DNA of 64,000 nt from an uncultured delta proteobacterium (GTDB lineage: Bacteria > Desulfobacterota > Binatia > UBA9968): positions 288,001 through 352,000 of the forward strand of contig CAVSHR010000005.1 in assembly GCA_963727625.1 (NCBI GenBank), written 5' to 3'. How positions within the stretch are numbered: position 1 is the stretch's first letter; every line of letters starts with the position of its first letter. Below are positions 1-9,393 of the stretch, piece by piece. The position numbers were made by a program, and so were the translations under genes. The notes below the pieces were generated by a model that saw only the letters and a program-made list of their open reading frames with translations, ran no database searches and was not told the DNA's origin.

Positions 1-1066
1 TGCGCACCTCGCCCGCTTTGCGTGGGGTCATCTGCACCACGATGATGTGACTGCCGCCCGCGTACGGCAAGGCGACGACGTCTTTCACGTCGATGAAGCC
101 ACCGACGTCCTTGATGCGAGCGTAGAGAACCAATTCCATGGGGAAACCGTCGAGCGGCTGCGACTCAGAGATCGGCCGCCCGCCCTGCAGCGCGTAATAG
201 ATGGCGTTCTTGCGCATCGTCATGCATTTGACGTTGATGATCGGCTGCTGCAGCGTGCCGTGGGTCATGCCGGCGTGCTCGCAAAACGGCCCTTCGTCTT
301 CCATGTAATTGGGCGGCACCTCACCTTCGATGACGATTTCCGCATCAGCCGGCACCATCACGTCGATGGTCTCGCAGCGCACCATTTTCGCCGGCTCCTG
401 CAACAATGCGCCGGCGATCTCGACCTCGTCGGTTTCGTAACTGGTCGTCCAGGTCGACGCGATGTAGTAGGCCGGATGGTGGCCGATCACCGTGGCGACG
501 GGCATCGCCTTCCCCGCCTTCCAATATTTCTGCATGCAGATATCGGTATGGCGCTTGGGATGGACGAAGATTCCCATCTTCTTCGGCCCCTTGATGTGAT
601 CGCGCTGCAGCGCGATGTTTTGCGTGCCGGTTTCAGGATCCTTGACGAACTGCATCGCCGAGCCGATGAATGGCACGCCGCGGTCGCTGTCCGAGTGGAC
701 GTGAATCGGCAAGCGGCCCAGGTCCGCGTCATCGTCTTTCCAAACGACTTCTTTAACCGGACCGTCTTCGACGATCTGCGGTTTCACCAGCCCGCGCGTG
801 ATCCGGCCGCCGAGCTCGACCAAGGCCTTGTCTTTCGTCGTCCCCAAACCCAGCGCCATCTTCTCCCGGCTGCCGCACATATAACTGACCGCAGACCAGC
901 CGGGATAGCCCTTGAGGTTGTGAAACATGGTCCCCTTGCCCATGTCGTTTTCACCCCGATAGGCGATGCCGGCCAGGTTGGTCAGGGGGTCGACTTCCTT
1001 TCTGATATCGAGCAGCAGCTTGTGTTCTCTGATCAAGTCAATGTAGCTGCGGAGATCCTGTGACAC
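1..1066 (-). CDS. UbiD-family (prFMN-dependent) decarboxylase, 3' end runs off the window
   Basis: Not in the ORF track because there is no stop in the window. Manual translation from GTG at 1066 (RBS GGAGGG upstream) gives MSQDLRSYIDLIREHKLLLDIRKEVDP...VKDPETGTQNIALQR...VPADAEIVIEGEVPPNYMEDEGPFCEH, the UbiD hallmark motifs. Confidence 0.92.
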   Translation of the reverse strand, partial: MSQDLRSYIDLIREHKLLLDIRKEVDPLTNLAGIAYRGENDMGKGTMFHNLKGYPGWSAVSYMCGSREKMALGLGTTKDKALVELGGRITRGLVKPQIVEDGPVKEVVWKDDDADLGRLPIHVHSDSDRGVPFIGSAMQFVKDPETGTQNIALQRDHIKGPKKMGIFVHPKRHTDICMQKYWKAGKAMPVATVIGHHPAYYIASTWTTSYETDEVEIAGALLQEPAKMVRCETIDVMVPADAEIVIEGEVPPNYMEDEGPFCEHAGMTHGTLQQPIINVKCMTMRKNAIYYALQGGRPISESQPLDGFPMELVLYARIKDVGGFIDVKDVVALPYAGGSHIIVVQMTPRKAGEVR

Positions 1067-1348
1067 GAACGGATGCCCTCCTGAAATGCGGAACTTCTAA
1101 ATCTTGTATTGTCATTTCCGGCATTAATCCAACCGCGCAGCCGGCCGATTCGGGCTGCGCGAGTCTCGATCTTTGCAAAACTCAAAACGTCGCGACGCAC
1201 TTACCCCCCGCCTTAGCCCGCAGGCCCGGCGCGACTGCGCCGGTCACAATGTCTGCGCAAACAAGAAGCGTGATCTGCAAAAATGCACAAATTAGCGAAC
1301 TTAGCCGCCTTATCCGAAGACCCGAGACCCTGGACTCCAAACTAATCT

Positions 1349-2071
1349 TCATGGCATCTCTGCCAAGAGCCGTCCGTAGCCCGTCACCGGCTCGTTTAAA
1401 TGAAGGATTTTTTTCGTCGCCCAGACCTGCGCCGGAATGCTCGACAGCACCGTGGTTTTCAAATCCTTCTCGAGCATTTCGATCACCGGCAAATTGTTCC
1501 ACCCCGCGCCGAGCATATAGATGCCGTCCACCGGGCCGTGTTTAAGGAAGGTCTGCTTGGCGAAATTGTAAATCGCCTCGGGCGAGAGTTTGCCAGCGTC
1601 CTTGAACGGCACCTCGATGCCATCCATCGCCCTCACGTCAAAGCCGTCGTCCCGGAGAAATTTCGCGAATCGTTGGTTCATGTCGTCTTGAAAATAGGTG
1701 ATGCCGACCAGTTTCTTCATGCCCAAGGCGCGAAACGCGTCGACCTGGGCGATGGTCGCGACGGTGACGGGAATTTTGTATTTCTTGGTCAAGCTTTCGG
1801 CGATCTCGCGGTCGGCGCCGTGGCCGCGCACCATGGTCGGCGGCGCCCCCATGATCATCACCACATCGGCGCCCAACTCCGCCAAGCGCGCGACCTTTCT
1901 CTCCGCAACGGTCAGGGCCTCTTGCAGTTCCTTTTCGTTACCCGCCCGAATGCCGGCGTGGGCCGGAATAAAGCCGACGCCCTCCGGCATGAGCTTGATA
2001 AAACTCTCCATTGACCCCGGCCGATAGGTTGGCTTAACTAGCCCGACAACTCCGCGCGCGCCGTAATACAT
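1349..2071 (-). CDS. Asp/Glu racemase / maleate isomerase / arylmalonate decarboxylase-fold protein (no cysteines)
   Basis: GxxGLVKP N-terminal strand, ALGMKKL-TYF motif and C-terminal GYGRLL are typical of the family. The catalytic positions read MGAPP and LGAGW. Confidence 0.85.
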   Translation of the reverse strand: MYYGARGVVGLVKPTYRPGSMESFIKLMPEGVGFIPAHAGIRAGNEKELQEALTVAERKVARLAELGADVVMIMGAPPTMVRGHGADREIAESLTKKYKIPVTVATIAQVDAFRALGMKKLVGITYFQDDMNQRFAKFLRDDGFDVRAMDGIEVPFKDAGKLSPEAIYNFAKQTFLKHGPVDGIYMLGAGWNNLPVIEMLEKDLKTTVLSSIPAQVWATKKILHLNEPVTGYGRLLAEMP

Positions 2072-2334
2072 ATTCTTTCCGCTCGCTTTCTAATCTTAGT
2101 ACCCGCTCGAATATCCTAGTCGCAGCAGCTTATCAAGCGGTGAACCGGACGAGGAACTAGATTCGCCAACTTAAGTTGACCCGAGTTTAAAACCCTAGGG
2201 TCGATGCCATGAAGTCCGAGATCGTTGAACCTTGCACCTGGACCATTGAACATGTCTGCCTGCATTGAAACCCACCGGCTGAGAATGCGAGCGTCGACGG
2301 ACGAGAGATGTAACCAGGCACTGAGAATTGGCCG

Positions 2335-3762
2335 TCACTCCTGGCTTGCCTCTCGTATTCGGCCTCGGATCAGTGACGTGAATACTCCCATTGCGCAGAT
2401 CGCTGCGAGGAGGGTCAGCGCGCTTTTCATGCCCGCCATGAACGGCGCTACCGGCACTCGCGCGCCGGAGCGGGCGGAGACCGCGACGCCGCCAAGGTGG
2501 GCGGAAAGCACCGATGTAGCGATGGCGAGGCTGACCGCTTGACCGGTGAAGCGGAAGGTGGAAAGGATCGCGGCGGCGATGCCGTACTGCTTCCTCGCAA
2601 CCGAGCTCATCGCCGCGTTGGTGTTGGGCGAGCTGAAGAAAGCGTGGCCGATGCCGAGGATCATCAGCCGCGCGGCGACGTCCCACCAATGGGCCGCGGC
2701 GCCGAGGCGCGACAAGGACAACACCGATGCCGCGACGATGCTCATGCCGATCGACGAAACGATCCGCGGCTCGACGTGATCGGAGAGCCTGCCGCCCACC
2801 GGCGAAAAGGCGGCCATCATCACCGGCTGCGCCAACATGATCAACCCAGCTTGCGAGGCACTGAAGCCCGGCACGAGCTGCAGGTACAGCGACATAATAA
2901 ACGACACGCCGAAGACCGAGCTGTAATTCAACAAGGCGGTCAGCGTGGAGAAGGCAAACGGGGTGTTTTTGAAAAGCCGGATGTCGAGCAGCGGCGACTC
3001 CAGGCGGCGTTGGTAGAAAAGAAAAAAAGCCAGAACCGCGAAGCCGCCGATCAGCAAGCTGCCCGACAGCAGGGACACCTGTCCCTCCGACAGAGTCAGC
3101 CCCAGGACGATCATGAACAGGGCCAAACCGTAGGTGACGATGGCGATCGGATCGAGACTCTCGGCTTTGCGATCGATTTCTTCCCGCGGCAGTTTGAACA
3201 ACGCCAGCAGGACAACAATAGTACCGATCGGCACGTTGACGTAAAAGACCGAACGCCAGCCGAAGTGCTCGACGAGAAATCCGCCGAGCGACGGTCCCAC
3301 GGACAGCCCGACGTAAACCGTCCCGGTATTGATGCCAAGAACCTTGCCCCGTTCGCTCGCGGGAAACACGCCGGTCAGGAGCGCGATGGAGTTGCCCGCC
3401 ATCATCGCCGCGGCGATCCCCTGGATAAATCTTGTCGCGATCAAGGCGTTAAGCGACGGCGCCAGGCTGCACAACGCTGAAGCGAAGGTAAACAGACCGA
3501 CGCCCAGGGCGTAAATCCGCCCGCGCCCGCGAAGGTCGGCAAGCCGGCCGAACGGGATGACGCAAATCGTCAGACCGAGCACATAAGCGCTGGCGACCCA
3601 GCCGAGCGAAACGACATCGCCGCCCAGGTCTTTGCCGATCGTCGGCAGGGCCAGGGTCACCACGCTGCCATCGAAGGGCGTCATAAACGAACCGAAGGTC
3701 GCGACGATCAAGGTGATCCGCTTGGCGGTGTTGCTGACAGGCTCGGCGGAGTCTCGTTGCAT
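2335..3762 (-). CDS. MFS transporter, DHA2 (EmrB/QacA) family
   Basis: D-x-S-VV-x-ALP, FGRLADLRGR (motif A), GPSLGG and WRSVFYVNVPIG motifs; about 14 hydrophobic segments. Confidence 0.93.
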   Translation of the reverse strand: MQRDSAEPVSNTAKRITLIVATFGSFMTPFDGSVVTLALPTIGKDLGGDVVSLGWVASAYVLGLTICVIPFGRLADLRGRGRIYALGVGLFTFASALCSLAPSLNALIATRFIQGIAAAMMAGNSIALLTGVFPASERGKVLGINTGTVYVGLSVGPSLGGFLVEHFGWRSVFYVNVPIGTIVVLLALFKLPREEIDRKAESLDPIAIVTYGLALFMIVLGLTLSEGQVSLLSGSLLIGGFAVLAFFLFYQRRLESPLLDIRLFKNTPFAFSTLTALLNYSSVFGVSFIMSLYLQLVPGFSASQAGLIMLAQPVMMAAFSPVGGRLSDHVEPRIVSSIGMSIVAASVLSLSRLGAAAHWWDVAARLMILGIGHAFFSSPNTNAAMSSVARKQYGIAAAILSTFRFTGQAVSLAIATSVLSAHLGGVAVSARSGARVPVAPFMAGMKSALTLLAAICAMGVFTSLIRGRIREASQE

Positions 3763-4156
3763 CCGCCGATGATAGAGGAATTTATTTTCGACTTCTAACG
3801 GCGGGCGAGAAGCTCGATAAGAATGACCACGCTTCTGCCCTTTGCGGCCCGGAGAAGTTCCCTACTTCTTGCACGTGGGCGCCGCGGCAACTGCACCGGC
3901 GCTCGCCCAATGAATGGGGGCTTGATCGCGAGACGGACACAATCACGACTCACGAACACGGATCCACGCATTGTCGCCCGACGGTAACCTTGAGTTTTCA
4001 ACCTCGCTTAAAGGCGTGCGTGCGAGGGGTCTGAGACTACGCACGACGGCGGCGAATGTTAAATGGAAATTCTTCTAGTGAAAAGAAAATCGAATACAAA
4101 GGTGCGACGCCGGTTTCGTTCCTCGATCGGCGCGCTGACAGCAAGATTAAAGACCG

Positions 4157-4702
4157 CTAGCTTCCCTCGTCTATTGCGCTATCGAGGGAGATCGTTATCC
4201 CGTTTTGTAGCGTAAATACTTCCTTCGTTTCGACGCCGATTCCCTTAGTATGCCAAAGTGTAAGGGTATCGTGACGGTATGACAGCCGCAAAAGTCGGCT
4301 ACCCTTATGATCGAGATAAGACCCAGCCATTCTGAGGACAGGTGCTATGCTAACGAGGTTCTTCACTGGGCCACCACCCCAACTCGATCTAGAAGCTTTG
4401 CCTGCCCGGTCTAAAAGCTCGATATTACTTTGAGTGAAACGGATTGCGGAAAAGGGAAAAAGCGTTGAGCCCGTGATTCTATTATAGTTGTACTTGGCTG
4501 CGTTGAAAATGAGACTCAGAAACGATTTTTTAAGCCCGGGTTTGGGCCCCCATGCGCTCTTTGTTTCTCTATAGATGCCGCTCACTACGTAATCTTGGTT
4601 GTCTGATATCTCTAAATCAAACAATTCCACTCCAAGTTTTTCGAGTCCCTGGCCAACAGCTCGTAACACGAATTGATAATCAACCGTACCGTTCGACTTC
4701 AT
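4157..4702 (-). CDS. hypothetical protein (AT-richer than flanks)
   Basis: 181-aa ATG ORF with globular composition; no family recognised. Confidence 0.55.
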   Translation of the reverse strand: MKSNGTVDYQFVLRAVGQGLEKLGVELFDLEISDNQDYVVSGIYRETKSAWGPKPGLKKSFLSLIFNAAKYNYNRITGSTLFPFSAIRFTQSNIELLDRAGKASRSSWGGGPVKNLVSIAPVLRMAGSYLDHKGSRLLRLSYRHDTLTLWHTKGIGVETKEVFTLQNGITISLDSAIDEGS

Positions 4703-5135
4703 AGTTGCTCGATCTTGTCGCGATAGTTTTCGGCTTCGTCGGCAGCGCGCACCGTAGCCATGCCGAATATCGCGGTTGCGTGAGAAATACCCGCTTGTTT
4801 AAGGAAACGCGTTTTCGTCGGCGTCTCTACGTTGCAACCCGCACAGTAACGCAGTGTCGGGGTCAAGAGTATAGAGGGGGTCACAAGAGTATAGAGGCCA
4901 CCCATGAGCCGGCCGGTCAAGAAGGCATAGCGTTTCCCGTGGAGGAGGTCTTTTTATTCCCCCGTCGTATCAGCTCGTCGGCGTTTGATCGTCTAGTTCA
5001 CGCACCCCTGTTTTCGATTGGTCGGCGTCGGATTTTGGCCCGTACCAGTCGGTCTATGATCACAGCACAAGCGGACCATTTGCTACCTCCTCCCGCGGGT
5101 GTCAAGCCTGACACGGTGTCACCCTGTAAGCCAAA

Positions 5136-5900
5136 TTATTTCATTCCCGCCAGCAGCCTTCCCCAGCCTTGCACCGGCGGGATGATGCCGGGGCGCACGA
5201 GATCATTCCATACTTCAGCGCTCATGTTGGTGAAAGTCGGCTTGCCGAATTCTTCTTCCAGAGCTGGGATGACGTGCAGTGCCATCGCCGCGCCGCCCGG
5301 CACCGATATCGCTTCAGCCTCGGGCCATGTTTTTGCCGCCTCACGGCCGACGTCAAGGGCCATTTCCAGGCCTTGTTCCAGAGTCATGGCGAATGAGTCC
5401 GACGCCCACTGGTTACGCTTGGTGATGCCGACGACTTGGATGCCGCCCGCGTCGAGGTAGCGGATAATCGCGTCATTGACCGGGTCCGCCCAGCGGCTGC
5501 CGACCGCGAGCTTGCTGAGGCCAAGATACTTCATGGCGGCAATCAGCGCTTCGAGTGGAGCGTCGGCGGAGATTTCGGTTTTCTCTCTTGTCTGGCGCAG
5601 CAATGCGACCACCCGCGGGCGCGTCAACATCGCGGAGATTGGCGCGCCGCTAAAAATAATATGATCTACTTTTTCTTTGGCCAGCCGGTCGACACAAGTC
5701 CAGTAATTCTCGATCGCTTTCTCGACGCCTTCCTTCGTGTAATTCTCGAGCCCCAGCCCCGTGGAGATTTCCATGAAATCGAGCGGCAGGAGGCGATAGA
5801 GCTGATAGCTGCGTGCGCGCTGGAGGTCTTCATGGGCGCGCGGCTGGATCACCCCATAGCGAAAACGCGGCAGAAGTTTATGTATGTAGTCGGTCGTAAC
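5136..5900 (-). CDS. second racemase/maleate isomerase-fold protein; probable non-canonical start at 5900
   Basis: FSGAPI, LGLSKLAV, PGGAA and GWGRLL motifs. The frame stays open upstream of the GTG at 5852 to a GTT at 5900 that lies 6 nt downstream of AAGGAG. Confidence 0.8.
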   Translation of the reverse strand, partial: VTTDYIHKLLPRFRYGVIQPRAHEDLQRARSYQLYRLLPLDFMEISTGLGLENYTKEGVEKAIENYWTCVDRLAKEKVDHIIFSGAPISAMLTRPRVVALLRQTREKTEISADAPLEALIAAMKYLGLSKLAVGSRWADPVNDAIIRYLDAGGIQVVGITKRNQWASDSFAMTLEQGLEMALDVGREAAKTWPEAEAISVPGGAAMALHVIPALEEEFGKPTFTNMSAEVWNDLVRPGIIPPVQGWGRLLAGMK

Positions 5901-6184
5901 GATAAGCTCCTTGAATTTATCCGCTTATAGAAAGTAAGAATAAATCTGTCAAGTTCACTTATTTCCCTGCTTGTTCTTACTGAATCATTCCCACGCATTT
6001 TCGGCTTGAGGCCGTGATTATCCTTTGAGCCCTCCGCGTAATGGACTGGGTTGCGTCATGGTTTTCCTCTTCCGAGTGAAATTCAGGTCTGGCGTGGTTG
6101 CGACGAAGATGGCGGAGGGGTCAGAGCGCCGGATCAGACTTTTACGTTATAACAATTTGAAGGGAAAGTCTGGAAATAAAAGTC

Positions 6185-8009
6185 GATTCTGCTGAAAAAC
6201 CCCGTTGCAAATTTCGATTTGTCGGCGGCTGTAGTTCTGCCAGTGATAATTTTCATTGATGCCTGTCGCAACGGTGAAAAATTCTAACATTTAACCCTCA
6301 TGCGGGGTGTGCCGTCGCCATTTCGACCTGGAAAGCCAGTCGTCTTAAGTATCGTTTCACATTGCAGGCAGCGCCCATCAAGTAATGCGACAGGCTGACT
6401 CGATCGATCCCTCGATATTTGGTCCGCCTCAGCCCATGCCCGCGCACCAACTCGCTATGGGTTCCCTCGATGCCGTTTCTCGGATACAGGGATCGGGAGA
6501 ACTCTGCCCGTTTCATCTCCTTGCGCCGCCGTTCGACCAGATCGTGACGTAATCCAACGACCAGGATTCTGCGCCCGCTCTTGGCACGGGTACATTGTTT
6601 CTGTACAGGACAGGAGTCGCATTGGCTCCCCCACTCCAGACGGTAGTACTCGCTGCCCATGTAGCCGTCCTTGATGTGACTGCATTGAGCGCTGGTTTTC
6701 CCCTGCGGGCAAACCGCCCGCTGATGCTCCACATCGACTTGAAACCCATCGGCGTTGTACGGCCCCTTGTGTGGATCGGGACGGGTCGGACCCAGGAGCT
6801 CCATGGCGTTGTCTTGGGCTTGCGACAAAGTGCTCTCGGTCACATAACCTGCGTCGGCATAGATCGCCTCGGGTTTGATCTCGTGGTGGTGTTGTTGCCG
6901 TTTGAGCGCTTCGGCCAAGCCGGTCTTTTCGTTCTGGGCCGCCTCGGTGGTTAAAATCTCGGTAATAAAATGCTCGCCGGGCTCGGCTTTAACTTTGGCC
7001 GGCTGCGCTGGATCGACACTCTCCACCACGTGGACTTTGTAGCCGACCCACTGCCGGGTTCCCTTGTCGGCGTAATGGGCATCGGGATTATGGGGATTCT
7101 GCACTGCACGTGACGGCCGCGTGCGCCGGAATTGAACGGTAGCGTCTATCACGTCAAACTGTTCCCCAAACACCCGGCGCAACAGTTTGATCGATTCCAT
7201 CTCACTGAGCTTGGGATCGTTCTTGTCGATCCACTCCATCAGCTCTTTGATGTCTTGGCCGCATTGGCGGTAGCGGCTTTGGCGCTCGGCTTTGCTTAAC
7301 CCCCATCCCACTTCGCTCTGCACGTACAACGTCCACAATCTCTCCCAGAACCCGGGCCGCTTGCCGCCACCCAGAACTCCAGCCAAATCCTCCAGCGCCA
7401 AGCGCAGCGTCTCGGCCGCGCATTCCAACCGGCTCATCTCTTTGACGTAGCCCAAGATATGCGTGCTATCGATGCGCTGCTTGCCGGCTCGCTTGAGCAG
7501 TCCAAGTTCGATCAATAGATCAACGATCCCATCAAAGATCACCCGCTCGGCCTGGTTCTCCTCCAGCCGGTCGCGAAAATAAACCAGCACCGTCGGATGA
7601 AACCCTTCATAGGGAAGCTCCAAGTCCAATGCGTACTTCCAGCCCAGATGATAGGCCACTTGTTCGGCGGCCCGGCGATCCGTTACCTTCTCCATGAACT
7701 GCAAAAGCGTCACCCCGCACACTAACACCGGATCGACCGCCGGCCGCCCATTGCTCTCGCAGTAAAGCGTCTCTAACCGCCCTCGAAGCGCTAACAGCTG
7801 GGGCAAAATCTTTTCCCGAAACAGCCGGTATCGGTCGGCAACGCCAAATAACTCGCCGCAGACAAAACTGGTGTGATAAAAACTTCTCTGTGAATCCAAA
7901 CACCGTACGCTCATAACTCAAACTAAAGACTGGCGACAATTTTATCAACGATGATCACTCTATCGCCACTTTAATCTTGAAAAATGCAATGGGGTTTTTC
8001 AGCAGAATC
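6185..8009 (-). mobile_element. IS1182-family insertion sequence (complete, about 1.8 kb)
   Basis: 25-bp terminal inverted repeats with one mismatch: GATTCTGCTGAAAAACCCCGTTGCA (6185-6209) and TGCAATGGGGTTTTTCAGCAGAATC (7985-8009). They enclose a single transposase. No clear target-site duplication. Confidence 0.9.
6298..7914 (-). CDS. IS1182-family DDE transposase
   Basis: GRPAVDP and FHPTVLVYFR N-terminal region, IDSTH, GYKVH, ADAGY, CPxG/CxxC zinc ribbon and R-xx-IEG motif. Confidence 0.92.
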   Translation of the reverse strand: MSVRCLDSQRSFYHTSFVCGELFGVADRYRLFREKILPQLLALRGRLETLYCESNGRPAVDPVLVCGVTLLQFMEKVTDRRAAEQVAYHLGWKYALDLELPYEGFHPTVLVYFRDRLEENQAERVIFDGIVDLLIELGLLKRAGKQRIDSTHILGYVKEMSRLECAAETLRLALEDLAGVLGGGKRPGFWERLWTLYVQSEVGWGLSKAERQSRYRQCGQDIKELMEWIDKNDPKLSEMESIKLLRRVFGEQFDVIDATVQFRRTRPSRAVQNPHNPDAHYADKGTRQWVGYKVHVVESVDPAQPAKVKAEPGEHFITEILTTEAAQNEKTGLAEALKRQQHHHEIKPEAIYADAGYVTESTLSQAQDNAMELLGPTRPDPHKGPYNADGFQVDVEHQRAVCPQGKTSAQCSHIKDGYMGSEYYRLEWGSQCDSCPVQKQCTRAKSGRRILVVGLRHDLVERRRKEMKRAEFSRSLYPRNGIEGTHSELVRGHGLRRTKYRGIDRVSLSHYLMGAACNVKRYLRRLAFQVEMATAHPA

Positions 8010-8190
8010 AAGAAAAGACTCCCAACCCCGTTTCCGTGCCCTTGGTCTGCATGTTGTAATCGACCGGCAGAACAATAGCCCGGGAGAAATTTGATGATCT
8101 TTTCCATGGTATCTCTTTCTATGTTCTGGATCGCCTTGACCAGCTCCCACAGGTTGGCTAGATTTGTCCTCGCATCGTGGGGATCACTTT

Positions 8191-9279
8191 ATGCCTGCGC
8201 TCGTGGTCAGAAATCTAACGAAGACCTTTGGCGACGTCGTCGCCGTAAACCATATCGATTTCGACATCCAAGATGGCGAAATCCTCACGCTGCTCGGCCC
8301 CAGTGGGTGCGGCAAGACCACGACATTAAGACTCGTTGCCGGCCTTGAACAACCGGACTCCGGTGAGATCACCATGGGCGACCGAGTCGTAACCTCAACC
8401 GAGACGCGAACATCGGTGCCACCCCAGAACCGGTCCATGGGAATGGTGTTCCAGTCTTACGCGGTGTGGCCGCACATGACGGTCTTCGAGAACGTCGCCT
8501 ATCCGCTGCGAGCCCAAAGCTTTCCCAAAACATCCATAAAAGAAAAAGTGCAGACAGTGCTGGCGATGGTCGGACTCGCCGGTCTGGACGACCGGTCCGC
8601 ATCCCTGCTGAGCGGCGGCCAGCAACAGCGCGTTGCTGTGGCACGGGCACTGGTGTTCGAGCCCAGGCTTCTGCTTATGGATGAACCGCTCTCCAATCTC
8701 GATGCAAAACTGCGTGAACAGATGCGACTGGAATTCCGAAATCTCCAACAGCGCGTCGGTATCACCTGCATCTATGTCACCCACGACCAGGCTGAAGCCA
8801 TGGTGCTGTCAGACCGCATAGCCGTCATGGACTCCGGCAACATTGAACAGCTCGCCGGTCCTCGCGACATTTTCGAGCGGCCCAAGACGGCATCCGTGGC
8901 AGACTTCATCGGCCAGATGAACTACATCGCGTGCACGGTCGTCGATGTCGATACGGGAAAGTGTCGGCTCAAGGTCAACGGCGCCGAGCGCAACACAATT
9001 GAATGTCCAAGCACGGAAGGACTGGCACCAGAAGAACCGATTGTCGCACGGATTAGACCCCATAGCGTAGAGGTCCGCCGATCACCTTCGAGAGATGGGC
9101 GACCCTACCTAGAATGTACAGTCTCAATGGCCGCCTACCTGGGCGATCGTATTGAATATGAATTATCCGTCGGCAACCAGACGATCGCTGCAGCAGGTGA
9201 AGCCTCATTAGAAATTAAGCGCGGCGACAAAGCGTTCGCCGTCTTGGATCCGGCCGCCATCGTCCTCGTCCCGAAATAA
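8191..9279 (+). CDS. ABC transporter ATP-binding protein (FbpC/PotA type with TOBE domain)
   Basis: GPSGCGKT, LSGGQQQRVA, MDEPLSNLDA and YVTHDQ motifs; ATG at 8191. Confidence 0.95.
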   Translation: MPALVVRNLTKTFGDVVAVNHIDFDIQDGEILTLLGPSGCGKTTTLRLVAGLEQPDSGEITMGDRVVTSTETRTSVPPQNRSMGMVFQSYAVWPHMTVFENVAYPLRAQSFPKTSIKEKVQTVLAMVGLAGLDDRSASLLSGGQQQRVAVARALVFEPRLLLMDEPLSNLDAKLREQMRLEFRNLQQRVGITCIYVTHDQAEAMVLSDRIAVMDSGNIEQLAGPRDIFERPKTASVADFIGQMNYIACTVVDVDTGKCRLKVNGAERNTIECPSTEGLAPEEPIVARIRPHSVEVRRSPSRDGRPYLECTVSMAAYLGDRIEYELSVGNQTIAAAGEASLEIKRGDKAFAVLDPAAIVLVPK

Positions 9280-9393
9280 CTGCCGGTTGTTGGCAATCAC
9301 CGATTCCAAGAGAATTTCGTAACTCCTTACAGAACGGAGCGATCGAACGCGATAAGAAGCATGACCGCACGCTGAAAAGGCCAGCAACGTGTC

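Noticed and set aside
47-1063. 338-aa plus-strand ORF and many other long antisense ORFs (e.g. 2497-3480, 36056-37648, 43462-44754)
   Set aside because: They are shadow frames of well-supported genes on the opposite strand in GC-rich DNA and have no family motifs.
6110-6120. TGGCGGAGGGG resembles the reverse complement of a tRNA 3' end (possible att site)
   Set aside because: Only 11 bp, with no T-arm and no integrase; better explained as part of the GGGGTC motif family.
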